A stretch of 37,068 nucleotides of DNA from Blastocatellia bacterium (GCA_036274535.1 DASUFM010001023.1:1-37068), one strand, 5' to 3'; shown: positions 16,378 to 25,656, counted from the stretch's first letter. Numbers and translations are program-made. Notes: generated by a model from the letters alone, not told the origin.

Positions 16378-17681
16378 GTTTGCGTCTCAAGCCGAGGCAA
16401 TGTCGTTAGACCATTTGGCGCCACATAACCCGCTTGGAGGGGAGCCGCCGCCAGCGCCGACTCCAAAGACGTATGAGGTTCAAGCCCCATATGACGAACG
16501 ATCCCGGCGTCAAGATTTGAGACCAGGAGGATGCGAAAGCGCTCCGCTTTGCGTCTGAGCCCCCAGGCCGTCTGTCCATTGACTTTGTAATTTTCCATGA
16601 GTTTCAGGGCGGTCGCATGAGCTCCGCCGGTCGCAAACCAATCCAGAAAATCGTCACGGCCCAATCCTTGCGAGCATTCCGCTAAAACGATCATCACGCC
16701 TCCCTCGGTCAGCGCGGCGGAGGCGTGTTCCATCGCCTTATGCGACTGGATCAGATTCATGTCGCGCGGCCATCCACCCGCGCTGACGATGACCAGTGAA
16801 CGCCTGGCGCTGATGCGCGCCGTATGGGCTGCGGCATACTCGGCGCAGCCGCGCAGATGCGCCTCATACCAGTCTCCAGCGTAAGCCGAAACTACTTCGC
16901 TATCGCCGTTTAATACGGTGTTCACCAGGAAGGAAGGATTGAGCGTCCGCACGGCTTCCACCATGTCTTCATGCACTATATTTCCTTCCAGCAGCCCGGA
17001 AGCCACGCCCGCGCGCTTATCCATCGTCTGTTCATCAAATGCGAGTTTATGGTTATGCTGGATTGAAGGCTCAGCGGCGCATCCCGGCAGGATGGCCTTG
17101 CGACCGCCGGAAAACCCGGCGAAATAATGAAAGGTGATGCCCCCGACCACGACCACATGATCCGTCTCCACCAATCGGCGATTGAGACTAACCTGCGTGC
17201 CACGACTTGTTACGCCAAGCGTCACGCTTTCCGCCGGATCATCAGCCAGGTGCGCATGAACCGGCGCCAGCCGGGCTATTTCCGCGCCCAAAAGCTGCTC
17301 TATTTCTTCGGGAAACGGCGGACGATGAATGCCGCCCCCGATCAGAAACGAGATCCGATCGCCCGCCACGCCGCGTTCCAGGAGACGAGAAAACAACTGC
17401 GACGCAACCCGGTTCACACCGGCTGCGCGAGTCGCATCCGGAACCACCACCACCACGCGGTCATTTCTCCCAACGATCTCTTCCAACGGCGGAGAGCCAA
17501 TCGGCGCGGAGATCAGTTCCGACAGTTGCGCATCTGTCAACGGATCGCGGCCAGCGTCCGCCGGAAGCAGAATTTCGAACTGTTCAGGGTCGTAGTGAAA
17601 CGGGATTCGACGCCTTCCATACCCTAATAATACCTGACAGGTTCCGGCGCCGTTCGACAGATCAACTTCATCCTTGACCAT
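16374..17681 (-). CDS. LarA-family (DUF2088) nickel-pincer-cofactor-dependent 2-hydroxyacid racemase/epimerase homologue.
   Basis: 435 aa. VVVVPDATRA, GGGIHRP, FHYFAGFSGGRKAILPG followed 16 residues after the Lys by QHNH, then GNIVHEDM and QSHKAM. These correspond to the LarA His108/His174/Lys184/His200 regions as I recall them from the L. plantarum enzyme. Confidence 0.8.
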   Translation of the reverse strand: MVKDEVDLSNGAGTCQVLLGYGRRRIPFHYDPEQFEILLPADAGRDPLTDAQLSELISAPIGSPPLEEIVGRNDRVVVVVPDATRAAGVNRVASQLFSRLLERGVAGDRISFLIGGGIHRPPFPEEIEQLLGAEIARLAPVHAHLADDPAESVTLGVTSRGTQVSLNRRLVETDHVVVVGGITFHYFAGFSGGRKAILPGCAAEPSIQHNHKLAFDEQTMDKRAGVASGLLEGNIVHEDMVEAVRTLNPSFLVNTVLNGDSEVVSAYAGDWYEAHLRGCAEYAAAHTARISARRSLVIVSAGGWPRDMNLIQSHKAMEHASAALTEGGVMIVLAECSQGLGRDDFLDWFATGGAHATALKLMENYKVNGQTAWGLRRKAERFRILLVSNLDAGIVRHMGLEPHTSLESALAAAPLQAGYVAPNGLTTLPRLETQT

Positions 17682-17729
17682 AGCAATCTTCCCAAAATTG
17701 TTTGTAGTTCGGCTTTATGGTTGGACATT

Positions 17730-20700
17730 TCAAGAAGCCTGACCTTCTCTGGTCAGGCGACGTTTGTTCTGGGTGAGAGCTTGTTTTTGCCGTCTGGCTC
17801 TTTCACTCGCTCTTTCGAGGGACGGCTCATCCCGACCCTGTCGAGTCAGATATTCAGCGAGCGCGACGACGGTTGGATATCTGAACAAATCCACCACCGA
17901 CAGCTTCCGCTGCAATACTATTTGCAGCTTCCTGAGCATCTGAGCCAGCAGCAGTGAGTGGCCGCCCAGAGCGAAGAAGTTGTCGTTGAGACCTACTTTC
18001 TCTACTTTGAGCGCCTCCTGCCACACATTGGCGATCTTCTTCTCCAAATCGGTTCCGGGCGCGACATATTCAACACCCGCCTCTAAACTCCGCCCGCCTT
18101 GCTCCAGCAACGCCCGGCGATTAACTTTGCCGTTTGGATTCAAAGGAAACGTATCCAGAACGGTGAACTTCGACGGGACCATATATTCCGGCGTCTTCGA
18201 TTGCAGGAATCGGCGCAATTCGGCGCCGGTCGGAGCGGGGTCGGTATCGGCGACCAGATAAGCTTCCAGATGTTTCTCGCGCGTTTCGTCCTCAACCGCC
18301 AGCACGACGGCTTCACGCACGCCGGGGTGATCCGCTAAAAGGGTTTCGATCTCCCCCAGTTCGATCCGAAATCCCCTGACCTTCACCTGCTCATCGACGC
18401 GTCCAATAAACTCTATATTGCCGTCGGCAAGGTATCTTACAAGGTCTCCGGTGCGGTAATAGCGTTCTCCATCGATCGTGACGAACTTCTCGACGGTCAG
18501 GCCTTCACGCTTCAGGTAACCGCGCGCCACGCCGTCTCCACCGAGCCAGATTTCGCCCGCCACGCCCACCGGAACTGTATAACCGCTCCGGTCAGACACG
18601 CGCAGCCTCACATTTCCAAGGGGACGCCCGATAAGGTTTCGCTCCAGCTTGCGCCCTCGCGGCACGTCATAGCTCGTGCAGATGATGGCACCCTCCGTCG
18701 GACCATAAAGCACGTGTATATCCGCAAGTGGAAAGACTTCGCGCATCTGTTCCAATAGATCCAGCGGGACCCAATCACCACCGACAAAGACCCGGCGGAG
18801 ACGTTCATAACTCAGGCCGCCCATCTGACGCAGGGCGACGATTTGCCGCATAAGGCTCGGGACCGCGTGCAGCATCGTCATCGTCTGAAGGCTTTGAATG
18901 AACTCCTGCGTCTCCAGCATGGACTTTTGCGGGTAGATGACGACTTTTCCGCCGGCTATCAGCGGCGTAAACAACTCGAACAGCGAAATGTCGAAAGCGA
19001 ACGAAGCGAGACACGGCATGACATCCGTCGCGTTAAAGTCGAACCTGGCGGCGCTGCAGGCGATCGTGTTCACGAGATTGCGATGTTCCACCATCACGGC
19101 CTTGGGTCTGCCGGTCGTGCCTGAAGTGTAGATCATGTACGCCATGTTCTCCGGCGTAGCCGCGCATGGAAGATCCGCCGGATCCTCAGCGGCGATGAGA
19201 TCCCAGGAGCCGTCCAGACTCACAACCTTTGACAAAGTGGACGGCGGCGCCTCCCAAAGGCGTGACTGCGTCAGCGTCACTGCGGCCTCCGCGTCCTCAA
19301 TCATGAAAGCCAGCCGCTCCGGCGGGGACTGCGGATCGAGCGGCACATAAGCGCCGCCGGCTTTCAGTATCGCCAATATACCGATAACAGCGTCCAGGGA
19401 GCGTTCGACCAATAGCGCGACGCGCGACTCAGGTCCCACGCCAATCCCTTTGAGGACGCGCGCCAGTTGATTGGAACGAGTGTTCAACTCGCTGTAACTC
19501 AATTGCGCGCCGTCGCACACCACTGCGATGTTCTCCGGCGAACGCGTGACTTGCGCCTCAAACAGTTCGTGCAGACATAAGTGTCGTGGGCAATCGGCGG
19601 CCGTATCGTTCCATTCGACCAGCAACTGTCGCTGTTCCGCTTCGCTCAACAACGGCAGCGCCATCGCCGGCGTCGCCGGACGCGATACGATCGCTTCCAA
19701 TAAGCGTTGGTAATGGCCGATCATGCGCAGGATCGTCGATCGTTCGAACAGGTCTGAATTGTATTCCACCGTTCCGAATAAACGCGTCCCGGCCTCCATC
19801 ATGAAGAGGGTCAGGTCGAACTTGGAGCTGTCGGCGTCCACATCGATCGGACTCAATGTCAGACCTGGCAAATCGACGCTCGGCATCGGCGCGTTCTGGA
19901 GACCGAAGACTACTTGAAAGAGCGGCGAATAACTGAGATCGCGCGGCGGATTCAACTCCTCGACGAGCTTTTCAAAAGGCGCGTCCTGGCGCGAATACGC
20001 GCTCAAACTCGTCTCGCGCACGCGTTTGACCAGCTCGGTATATTTCTCCTCCGGGCGTATCCTGTCGCGTAACACCAGCGTGTTGACAAAGAACCCGATC
20101 AATCCCTCCAGTTCGGCGCTCGCGCGTCCGGCTACGGGCGTTCCAACTACCAGATCTTCCTGTCCCGTATATCGCCACAGCAGCACTTTGAAAGCGGCCA
20201 GCAACGCCATAAAGAGCGTCGCTTCCTCGCGCCGGCTCACACGCCGCAGCCCTTCGCGCGCGTCCGCGTTGATTTCGAACCCCTCACGGGCGCCGCGGAA
20301 GGTCTGCACAGCAGGACGCGGTCTATCTGTCGGCAGTTCCAGAAGCGGCGGTGCGCCGTCTAACTGCTTGCGCCAGTAAGCGACCTCAGTCGCCAGCCCT
20401 TCGCCGTCGAGCCAGGCTCGCTGCCACACGGCATAATCCGCATACTGCGCCGCCAGCTCGTTCAACGGCGCCGGCCGTTCTTCTACATGCGCTGTATACA
20501 GCGCCGCCACTTCGCTGACGAACACGCCCATAGACCATCCGTCGCTGATGATATGGCTCATCGTTACGAGGACGATGTGTTCTTCCTCCGCCAGACGGGC
20601 CGCCGCAACGCGCATGAGCCGGCCCGCGCTCAGATCAAAGGGGGCGCTGGCTTCCGTCTCCATGATCCGCAGGGCGGCTCCTTCCCTCTCTTCCGCCGCC

Positions 20701-21773
20701 ATCCCGCTCAAATCATGGAAGGCCACGGTGACCGGGGCAGGCGGCATGATCTGCTGTTGGAGTTGTTCATCGATCACCACAAACCGCGTCCGCAACGTTT
20801 CATGGCGGCGGGCGACTTCGCTTAAGGCCGATTCCAGAGCGGACAGGTTCAAATGACCATTCAGGCGCAACGCCACTGGGATGTTGTAGAGCGAACTGCC
20901 CGGCTCCAACTGGTCCAGGAACCAGAGGCGCTCCTGCGCGAACGAGAGCGGCAACGCATGGCCGCGATCCACGGGCAGGATCGTGGTCCGCAGTGCGGCG
21001 TTCTGTCCGCTGCGTTGCGCGGATTCAACCTGCCGGGCGAGCGACTCCGCGGTTGGAGATTCAAAGATGGCGCGTAAAGGCAGTTCCACGCGCCATACTG
21101 CGCGCACCCGCGAAAGCGCCTGCGTGGCGAGCAAAGAATGTCCTCCGAGCGCGAAGAAGTTTTCCCGGCGTCCGATTCGGGGCCGCCCCAGCGCTTCCGC
21201 CAGAATGTCCGCAATGATCTCCTCGGTGGCCGAGCGCGGAGCCTGGTCCGTATCGGAGTCCTCGAGAGATTTCAAATCAGGGGCGGGCAGCGCCCGGCGA
21301 TCCAGCTTGCCGTTGGCGGTAAGCGGCATCTGCGGGAGAAAGATAAAACTGGAGGGAACCATGTAATCGGGCACTCGCTCCTGCAAATACTCGCGCAGTT
21401 GCGGGCCGAGCCGGTCAACCAGCATCCACCGCATTGGATCGTTGGTATAGCGACCCCAGGGTCCTGGCGCCGCTTCGCGCCGTCGCATGACCGGCGCGAA
21501 ACTATATGGCGCCGGGAAGCGATCACGCCGGCTGAAGATCACATCGAAGCATCCGATGTCGCGTTCGGACCAGTTTATGTTCGCCGCATAAGGCAAGTCT
21601 CTTTGCCAGTCCCACAAATCCGCCGGGTCGATTCCTTCCGCGCCTGCCAAAGCTTCTCGCAAGGTTTCTTGCAGCGCGCCGACCGTCGCCGCCCCATCGA
21701 AACGATCAAACAGCCGCGCCAGCGCAAGGTCTTCGAGCAGGCGGGCGTTTGGGACGTTCGTGATATAGAGCAA
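17730..21773 (-). CDS. NRPS, 3' portion of an interrupted gene: end of N-MT, then A9-A10 subdomain-T-C-A-T.
   Basis: 1347 aa. It opens mid-domain (LLYITNVPNARL...), then VPDYMVPS and PLTANGKLDRRAL (A9/A10). T domain: FFALGGHSLLATQ. C domain: LPLSFAQERLWF, SHIISDGWS. A domain: MAYMIYTSGTTGRPK, VLYGPTE, YYRTGD, GRVDEQVKVRGFRIELGEIE, NPNGKVNRRAL. T domain: FFALGGHSLLLAQ. The listed start is only the first TTG after the in-frame TAG, and no ATG or SD is present there. Confidence 0.9.
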   Translation of the reverse strand: MLYITNVPNARLLEDLALARLFDRFDGAATVGALQETLREALAGAEGIDPADLWDWQRDLPYAANINWSERDIGCFDVIFSRRDRFPAPYSFAPVMRRREAAPGPWGRYTNDPMRWMLVDRLGPQLREYLQERVPDYMVPSSFIFLPQMPLTANGKLDRRALPAPDLKSLEDSDTDQAPRSATEEIIADILAEALGRPRIGRRENFFALGGHSLLATQALSRVRAVWRVELPLRAIFESPTAESLARQVESAQRSGQNAALRTTILPVDRGHALPLSFAQERLWFLDQLEPGSSLYNIPVALRLNGHLNLSALESALSEVARRHETLRTRFVVIDEQLQQQIMPPAPVTVAFHDLSGMAAEEREGAALRIMETEASAPFDLSAGRLMRVAAARLAEEEHIVLVTMSHIISDGWSMGVFVSEVAALYTAHVEERPAPLNELAAQYADYAVWQRAWLDGEGLATEVAYWRKQLDGAPPLLELPTDRPRPAVQTFRGAREGFEINADAREGLRRVSRREEATLFMALLAAFKVLLWRYTGQEDLVVGTPVAGRASAELEGLIGFFVNTLVLRDRIRPEEKYTELVKRVRETSLSAYSRQDAPFEKLVEELNPPRDLSYSPLFQVVFGLQNAPMPSVDLPGLTLSPIDVDADSSKFDLTLFMMEAGTRLFGTVEYNSDLFERSTILRMIGHYQRLLEAIVSRPATPAMALPLLSEAEQRQLLVEWNDTAADCPRHLCLHELFEAQVTRSPENIAVVCDGAQLSYSELNTRSNQLARVLKGIGVGPESRVALLVERSLDAVIGILAILKAGGAYVPLDPQSPPERLAFMIEDAEAAVTLTQSRLWEAPPSTLSKVVSLDGSWDLIAAEDPADLPCAATPENMAYMIYTSGTTGRPKAVMVEHRNLVNTIACSAARFDFNATDVMPCLASFAFDISLFELFTPLIAGGKVVIYPQKSMLETQEFIQSLQTMTMLHAVPSLMRQIVALRQMGGLSYERLRRVFVGGDWVPLDLLEQMREVFPLADIHVLYGPTEGAIICTSYDVPRGRKLERNLIGRPLGNVRLRVSDRSGYTVPVGVAGEIWLGGDGVARGYLKREGLTVEKFVTIDGERYYRTGDLVRYLADGNIEFIGRVDEQVKVRGFRIELGEIETLLADHPGVREAVVLAVEDETREKHLEAYLVADTDPAPTGAELRRFLQSKTPEYMVPSKFTVLDTFPLNPNGKVNRRALLEQGGRSLEAGVEYVAPGTDLEKKIANVWQEALKVEKVGLNDNFFALGGHSLLLAQMLRKLQIVLQRKLSVVDLFRYPTVVALAEYLTRQGRDEPSLERASERARRQKQALTQNKRRLTREGQAS

Positions 21774-21788
21774 ATCAGGACCGGCGCC

Positions 21789-21791
21789 CTA
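21789..21791 (-). other. In-frame amber (TAG) codon interrupting a C-A(N-MT)-T-C-A-T NRPS reading frame of about 2600 codons.
   Basis: The coding strand across the site reads CGC CAG ACT CTG TAG GGC GCC GGT CCT GAT TTG CTC TAT ATC ACG AAC GTC CCA = RQTL*GAGPDLLYITNVP. The frame is the same on both sides. Confidence 0.9.
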
Positions 21792-24700
21792 CAGAGTCTG
21801 GCGCGCGTCGGAGAGCGTCAGACCGTCTTTCCGCCAGTCTCGCCAAATGACCTCCGCCGCCACTCGCGGCGATGCGCCGATATGCAGGACAACATCATAG
21901 CGAAACTTCGTGAACTCGTTGCGATGACGCCCGCCTTTGAGTTCGAAGTTGACATGGCTTATCTGCGGCAGATGCTTTTGCAGGGCGAGAAAGAATTCCG
22001 GGTCGAATAGACACTCCTTCTCCTGACTCATGCGCCGCTGCGTCTGATGGCGAAACCGCATGACGGTCTCAGACGGCGAAGACTGCGCCAGTTGAACGGA
22101 GGCATGAAAGGTTTCAAGCAGCGGCAGACTGCGCACGCCGCCGATAAAGATCGCGCCGCCCGGCCGCACGACCCTGACCGCGCCTTCAATCACACGCCGC
22201 AGGTAGTCGCCGGACAGATACTGCGCGACTTCATTAATGACCACCAGGTCGAACGCTTCCAACGGCAGCTCCGCAAAATCATCAGCCGCGCGGTTGAGCA
22301 GTTTTATCTCCGGCAAAGACCGCTCGCTGCGTTTCAGACGCTCCCGCAACACATGAATGGCCGCCGGCGAAATGTCCGAGCCCCAATACGAAGCGCAATG
22401 CGGCGCCACGCGAAACAGTATCAACCCCGTCCCGCAACCTATCTCCAACACCCGCGACGGACTCAGCGACAGAATGCGCCGCGTCGAATCTTCGACGGAT
22501 TCAAAAATCTCCTCTTCAGGAAAAGGCTGTCCGGTGTAGCTGTTGACCCACACACGCAGACTCAGCGACTCGTCCTGCGAGTAGAACGCCTGTTCACGAT
22601 AGACGTCGTTATAGATCGCCAGCCAGCTCTCAATCTGCCTCTCTTCGAGCGCTTCCTGGCCCGGTTCGCCGGGCTGCCCCGTCGACAACTGATCCAGATT
22701 GGGGACCACGTAAGCCACAAGACTCTTGCCGTCCGGGTTTACGTCGTGATCCACCACGACCGTATCCCGCACTTGCGGATGTTCATTGAGGACCGCCTCG
22801 ATCTCGCCCAATTCTATGCGGAAGCCTCGCACCTTGACCTGATGATCCACGCGTCCCAGGTATTGAATCGTCCCGTCGGGCAGATAACGCGCAAGATCTC
22901 CAGTGCGATACAGACGCGCGGATGGACTTCCGCTCAGGTGGTCCGGGATGAAAACTTCCGCCGTGCGGCCACCGTCATGCAGATAACCGCGCCCGACCCC
23001 ATCTCCGCCGACATATAGTTCGCCACGACACCCTCTGGGCGCCACGTCCAGATTTTCGTCCAGGATGTATAGCTGTGTGTTGATAATGGGCAGGCCGATC
23101 GGCGTCTGAGCCATACTTTCCGCCAACGGCTCAAAGATCATATGGTGTGTGACATCGTCTGAGCATTCGGTGGGACCATATGCGTTGAGCAAAGGGATGC
23201 GCGGATAGCGAGCGAACCAGTCACGGCATAAATCCGGCGGCAGAGCTTCGCCAGTCATGATCATCCACCGCAATAATGGGAGCTGAATGGCGTCCAACCG
23301 TTCGCGCTGACGCCCGTCGAGTGTCGCGCGCAGCAGTGAAGGCACGCTTTCAAGAATCGTCACCCCGCTCTCCTCCGCGGCCTCCAGCAGACGCGCCCCG
23401 TCATGCGCGACCTCGTCCGGAAAAATCTCCACGCGCCCGCCGACCAGCAAGGCCGAGAGAAACTGCCAGACCGAAATATCGAAACATGGCGAAGCGGTTT
23501 GAGCGATGATGTCAGTTGAAGTCAGAGCCAATCCGGCGATTTTGGCGTAAAGGTGGTTGATCATGCCGCGTTGCCCGATCATGGCCCCTTTCGGCGCGCC
23601 CGTCGAGCCGGACGTATAGATAACATAGGCCAGGTTTTCGGGGAAACTGCGAAGCGGCGGGTTTTCGCTCGGCCACTCCGAAGAGGCCGCCAGAGCGATC
23701 GGCGCCACATCCGGGCGGGCGCCGTCTGGCAGGCTCTGATTGACCCGGGCGATGATCTGATCGAATTCAGGGGCGACCAGCGCGAGCGGCGTCCGGCTCC
23801 GCTCTATCATCTGAGCGAGCCGCGGAACGGGAGAAGCGGGGTCCAGCGGCAAATACGCGCCGCCGGCCTTGAAGACGGCGATGATCGCCGTCAGCAGATC
23901 TATGCCGCGCTCGGCCAGCAAAGCCACCACAACCTCCGGACCGACATTCCGCTCAGCGAGAACCCGCGCCAGACAGTTAGCCCTTTCGTTCAACTGGCGA
24001 TAACTCAGACGGTTTCCCATGCAAACCACAGCTGTCGCCTCCGGCCTCAGCGCGACATGGTCTTCAAACAGCGTGTGAAAGACCGCTTCGCTGGGGTAAT
24101 CCGCCGTTGTCCGGTTCCAGTCAAATAACAATTGGTCGCGCTCAGCCTGACTCAAAAATTCTATGTGCGCGAGCTTGCGTCCGGGATCGGCGGTCACGCT
24201 CCGTAGAAGCGCCGCGAAGTGATCGATCATGCGTTTGATCGAGCCGGCTTCAAATAGCTCCGAGTCATACTCAAAGGATCCAACCAGCCCTCTCTCGGAT
24301 TCAACGAGGATCAAAGTGAGATCGAACCCCTGCGTTTTATTCGTTTCGTATTCGAGAATGGACATCATCAGACCCGGCAGTTGCGCGGCCCTGATCGGCG
24401 CGTTCTGTAACGCGAACATCACCTGGAACAGCGGCGCGTACGAGAGATTGCGTTCCGGTCGGAGCGCCTCGACTAGCCACTCAAAAGGCAGGTCCTGATG
24501 CGCGTGCGCATCGAGCGCCACTTCCCGCACACTCCCAAGCAACTCTTTGAAGCTCATCCCGCCTGAGAGTTTCGCGCGCAAAACGATGGTGTTGACGAAG
24601 CATCCCAACAGACTTTCCATCGAAGCGTCAGCTCGTCCGGCAATCGGGCTCCCGACGGGGATGTCGGGATTTCCGGTGTAGCGATAGAGCAGAGCCTGGA

Positions 24701-25559
24701 ACCCCGCCAGAACCGTCATGAACAGTGTGGCGTTTTCGTTACGGCTGAGCGTTCTCAACGCGTCACACAGGTCCCTGTCCAACTCGACTGTTTCGTTGCC
24801 GCCGTTGAAAGATTGCGTCGCCGGGCGCGCATAATCCGTGGGCAATTCCAATAACGGCGGCAGGTCGGCCAACTGCTTCCGCCAGTATTCCATCTGCCGC
24901 GCCACCACATCGCCCTGCAACCACTGCCGTTGCCACCGCGCGTAATCGCCGTATTGCAGCTTAAGTTCGCCGAGCGGCGGCGTCGCCCCGCGGATGTAAG
25001 CGCCGTACAACGCGCTGACTTCACGAATCAGAACCCCGGTCGACCATCCGTCGAACACGATATGATGCGCGGCCAAAAGCACGACATGGTCTTCAATGCC
25101 GAGCCGCAACAATTGGCCACGCATCACTGGTCCGTCATGCAGATTGAACGGACGGTTGACCTCCGCGGCGATCAACCGCCTGACTTCGGTCTCGCGCTCC
25201 GCCGGCGACAGACGCGTCAGATCATGCAGCGGCAGCGCCAGCGGTTGAGCCGGCAAAACAAGCTGCGCGGGCCGGCCGTCAAACACAGGGAAACACGTCC
25301 GCAGGATCTCATGTCGGCGCATGACTTCGCTCAGGCTGCGTTCCAGAACCGAGACGTCAAGCTGCCCCTGCAAACGCACGGGCAGCGCGATCACGTTGAG
25401 CGCGCTGCCCGGCCCCATCTGATCGAAGAACCAGAGACGTTGTTGTCCGAATGAAAGCGGCGGCAGGCGATCGATCAGCAGCGCCCGCCGTTCCGGCGAG
25501 AGGGCCGCGATGCGGTTGATAAAATCTTTTGCGGATTGTTTCTGAGCTGACATTTTCAA
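21789..25559 (-). CDS. NRPS, 5' portion of an interrupted gene: C-A(core)-N-methyltransferase, truncated.
   Basis: 1256 aa. C domain: PPLSFGQQRLWF, HHIVFDGWS. A domain: LAYVIYTSGSTGAPKG, NAYGPTECSDD, YRTGDLARY, GRVDHQVKVRGFRIELGEIE. Embedded N-MT: WVNSYTGQPFP, VLEIGCGTGL, NEFTKFRYDVVL. The ORF-track start is TTG at 25559 and the first ATG is at 25553 (MSAQKQ...). Confidence 0.92.
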   Translation of the reverse strand: MKMSAQKQSAKDFINRIAALSPERRALLIDRLPPLSFGQQRLWFFDQMGPGSALNVIALPVRLQGQLDVSVLERSLSEVMRRHEILRTCFPVFDGRPAQLVLPAQPLALPLHDLTRLSPAERETEVRRLIAAEVNRPFNLHDGPVMRGQLLRLGIEDHVVLLAAHHIVFDGWSTGVLIREVSALYGAYIRGATPPLGELKLQYGDYARWQRQWLQGDVVARQMEYWRKQLADLPPLLELPTDYARPATQSFNGGNETVELDRDLCDALRTLSRNENATLFMTVLAGFQALLYRYTGNPDIPVGSPIAGRADASMESLLGCFVNTIVLRAKLSGGMSFKELLGSVREVALDAHAHQDLPFEWLVEALRPERNLSYAPLFQVMFALQNAPIRAAQLPGLMMSILEYETNKTQGFDLTLILVESERGLVGSFEYDSELFEAGSIKRMIDHFAALLRSVTADPGRKLAHIEFLSQAERDQLLFDWNRTTADYPSEAVFHTLFEDHVALRPEATAVVCMGNRLSYRQLNERANCLARVLAERNVGPEVVVALLAERGIDLLTAIIAVFKAGGAYLPLDPASPVPRLAQMIERSRTPLALVAPEFDQIIARVNQSLPDGARPDVAPIALAASSEWPSENPPLRSFPENLAYVIYTSGSTGAPKGAMIGQRGMINHLYAKIAGLALTSTDIIAQTASPCFDISVWQFLSALLVGGRVEIFPDEVAHDGARLLEAAEESGVTILESVPSLLRATLDGRQRERLDAIQLPLLRWMIMTGEALPPDLCRDWFARYPRIPLLNAYGPTECSDDVTHHMIFEPLAESMAQTPIGLPIINTQLYILDENLDVAPRGCRGELYVGGDGVGRGYLHDGGRTAEVFIPDHLSGSPSARLYRTGDLARYLPDGTIQYLGRVDHQVKVRGFRIELGEIEAVLNEHPQVRDTVVVDHDVNPDGKSLVAYVVPNLDQLSTGQPGEPGQEALEERQIESWLAIYNDVYREQAFYSQDESLSLRVWVNSYTGQPFPEEEIFESVEDSTRRILSLSPSRVLEIGCGTGLILFRVAPHCASYWGSDISPAAIHVLRERLKRSERSLPEIKLLNRAADDFAELPLEAFDLVVINEVAQYLSGDYLRRVIEGAVRVVRPGGAIFIGGVRSLPLLETFHASVQLAQSSPSETVMRFRHQTQRRMSQEKECLFDPEFFLALQKHLPQISHVNFELKGGRHRNEFTKFRYDVVLHIGASPRVAAEVIWRDWRKDGLTLSDARQTL

Positions 25560-25631
25560 TGAAAACCGAAGCCTGTGACCTGTGGGGAAGATATGAGCGC
25601 AGCGTTAACCAGATCGGATTGCGGTCGCATA

Positions 25632-25656
25632 GGCGCCACACAGCCTGTGTGGCGCC
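25632..25656. other. 25-nt perfect palindrome (12+1+12) in the Kelch-NRPS spacer. Candidate RNA hairpin or operator.
   Basis: GGCGCCACACAG c CTGTGTGGCGCC, located between the Kelch stop (25702) and the NRPS start (25553/25559). No adjacent U-tract on the transcribed strand. Confidence 0.6.
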
